A stretch of DNA of 8,061 nt from Octopus sinensis (lineage: Eukaryota), in NCBI RefSeq assembly GCF_006345805.1, contig NW_021828639.1, positions 1-8,061 on the forward strand, written 5' to 3'. The position numbers and the translations under genes were made by a program. Shown here piece after piece: positions 6,571 to 8,061 of the stretch. Each line of letters begins with the position of its first letter. Position 1 is the first letter of the stretch. The notes beneath the pieces were generated by a model, which made no database searches, had not been told where the DNA came from, and worked only from the letters and a program-made list of their open reading frames with translations.

Positions 6571-6782
6571 GTGCGCACAGTAAAAAAAAAACCCCGAAAA
6601 TGACAAAACACACCTAACTAGGCCGCCCCCCTTCCACTGCTCCTCCTCTCTCTTCTCTTCTAATTATGCTAATGTATTCATGTGTAAAATAAAATATATC
6701 TCTTTGACCTTTGTTGCCTGTCAGCAGAATTACTTCCGGTTATTGTAGTGCAAGCTCCCACCTCATACCCCCTACCCCGCCC

Positions 6783-6898
6783 CACCACCACCACCACCAC
6801 CACCATCACCATCACCACCACCACCGCCTCTACTCTTGCCACCGATAGTCATAAATACCGCTGCTCGTCTTCGTTGTTGTCGTATCATCACCATCACC

Positions 6899-6953
<55 letters not shown>

Positions 6954-7495
6954 GTTTCTGCATTTACTATTACTACTACCACCACCACCACCACCATTAG
7001 TGCCCCCGCTGACACGATGATCAACGTGCCATCGCCAACATCATGATCAACATCGTCGTCGTCATCATCATGATTATCATCATCATCATCAATCATCATC
7101 ATCAACACCATCAACACTTGCCACAACCATCACACATTAATCACACGATCAGCATGACCAGCCTCTTCTCCTTTTCCTCCACCTCCTCCTCCTCCGTCCC
7201 ATCAACATCATAATCATCATCATCATCACCTCATCGTGATCGTTTTTGTTATCATCCCGTCCCATCTCACCACCCTAAACCTCGATTGCTATGATGATGA
7301 TCATCATCATCCTCATCACCCCACCCCAACACCACCGTCATCGTCGTCGTCGTCATCATCAACCCCCCACCTCTTTCTCTTCCTTATCATCAGCAGTAGA
7401 AATGTCTGTCGCTCTTCTTTGCATCACCATCCTCCATATTAGAATTACTATCACCATCACCATCACCACTACAATCAGCACCACTACTACTATCT
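6783..7495. repeat. Cryptic trinucleotide low-complexity tract (CAC/CAT/CGT/TAC/CCT), including a perfect (CAT)13 at 6913-6951
   Basis: Direct reading; source of the poly-H/T/M/D/G ORFs. Confidence 0.95.
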
Positions 7496-7509
7496 CACTA
7501 GCACAACTA

Positions 7510-7539
7510 CACTCACTCACACGCACGCACGCACACAGA

Positions 7540-7571
<32 letters not shown>
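7510..7571. repeat. (CA)n microsatellite with (CACG) variants; perfect (AC)14 at 7543-7570
   Basis: Direct reading. Confidence 0.95.
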
Positions 7572-7572
<1 letters not shown>

Positions 7573-7689
7573 GCACTGCCTGTATTAGTAACCTAATCTA
7601 TAAACAAATATTTTCCATTAGGTCTTCTGTTTTAGGATCAACCTCTGTGACAAACAGCAAGAAGAGACCCTTCAACATGAACCCGCGAC

Positions 7690-7830
7690 CTGCTAAATGT
7701 AGTAGAATATTGCCCCCACAATAAAATTCTGCCGTCTGGGAAAATATTGAGGTGATATAGCATTGAGGAAAGCGATATGGCCACGCCCGGAGTAATTTTG
7801 ATACAGAATGTCTGATTACTCAAAGATGAC
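7690..7830 (-). CDS. Weak candidate coding exon of an unknown gene
   Basis: Good acceptor tcttctttaaccacag|G at 7831/7830. Only one frame is open (SSLSNQTFCIKITPGVAISLSSMLYHLNIFPDGRILLWGQYSTTFS). Donor is weak: CAG|GTCGCG at 7690 or GAG|GTTGAT at 7643. Confidence 0.2.
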
Positions 7831-7919
7831 CTGTGGTTAAAGAAGACCAACAACCACCAATTGAAACATTAGTCGTAACATATTCGTTTGTTTAAATAAA
7901 GAATTTCCGTGAAGAGGTG

Positions 7920-7980
7920 GATCTGTGTGTGTGTGTGTGGAAACATATAAACAGATCTCTGTGTGTGGAAACATATAAAC
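7920..7980. repeat. Short tandem duplication (21-bp identical core TGTGTGTGGAAACATATAAAC)
   Basis: Core at 7932-7952 and 7960-7980; each unit begins with GATCT (7920, 7954) and they differ in (TG)n length. Confidence 0.92.
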
Positions 7981-7984
7981 TAAC

Positions 7985-8053
7985 CGGTGCCTTCAGAGTG
8001 GAAGCAATATTATCGATAATGGCCGACATTGCGCTTGACCCTCTAGCCGATAA
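7985..8053 (-). CDS. Candidate 69-nt phase-0/0 coding exon of an unknown gene (LSARGSSAMSAIIDNIASTLKAP)
   Basis: Acceptor ctcttcag| (AG at 8055-8054) and donor CCG|GTTAGT (GT at 7984-7983). Length is a multiple of 3 and this is the only open minus-strand frame. Protein family not recognised; the upstream pyrimidine tract is cut by the window edge. Confidence 0.35.
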
Positions 8054-8061
8054 CTGAAGAG

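Noticed and set aside
3927-7596. Numerous 60-215 aa ORFs ([12 protein letters not shown], poly-H/M/D/T/G)
   Set aside because: Direct translations of (TATG)n, (TA)n, (TG)n and (CAT/CAC)n repeats that lack stops in most frames; no coding evidence.
7621-7848. 8-bp inverted repeat GGTCTTCT/AGAAGACC bracketing ~230 bp as a MITE
   Set aside because: It does not extend, there is no TSD, and 8 bp is expected by chance.
8009-8020. 12-bp palindrome ATTATCGATAAT containing the DRE motif TATCGATA
   Set aside because: A single AT-rich word lying inside the candidate exon, with no promoter context, in a sequence that does not look dipteran.
1-8061. CRISPR array, prokaryotic operon or phage system
   Set aside because: No repeat-spacer periodicity, no long ORFs and no RBS-linked genes; SINEs, LINE and microsatellites indicate an animal nuclear genome.

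Overview
Eukaryotic, AT-rich, repeat-saturated non-coding DNA, probably intronic or intergenic. The SINE/MITE types and microsatellite density resemble octopus/coleoid cephalopod genomes as I recall them (not verified by a search). No intact protein-coding gene is supported, and most ORFs in the track are translations of microsatellites or SINEs. Bases 1-3800 are layered dead transposons: (1) an internally deleted mariner (minus strand, 1-539) whose junction carries a probable 9-bp microhomology; (2) an old APE-type LINE of the CR1/L2 group, now in three pieces (640-762, 1955-3035, 3291-3440) with its RT core missing; (3) a 5'-truncated SINE and a second internally deleted mariner inserted into the LINE endonuclease; (4) a Penelope-like terminal fragment containing a degenerate minimal type I hammerhead ribozyme motif (3138-3179); (5) further SINE fragments. 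Bases 3900-6500 hold long tetranucleotide and dinucleotide arrays and a full-length tRNA-derived SINE inserted into the left TIR of a hAT/Charlie-like MITE. Bases 6500-6790 are a non-repetitive island with a strong CTCF-type motif, a GC box and an ETS motif. The last ~450 bp contain one or two candidate minus-strand exons of an unidentified gene. The best leads are the variant-core hammerhead, the reconstructable insertion history, the CTCF/ETS island and the 69-nt candidate exon.
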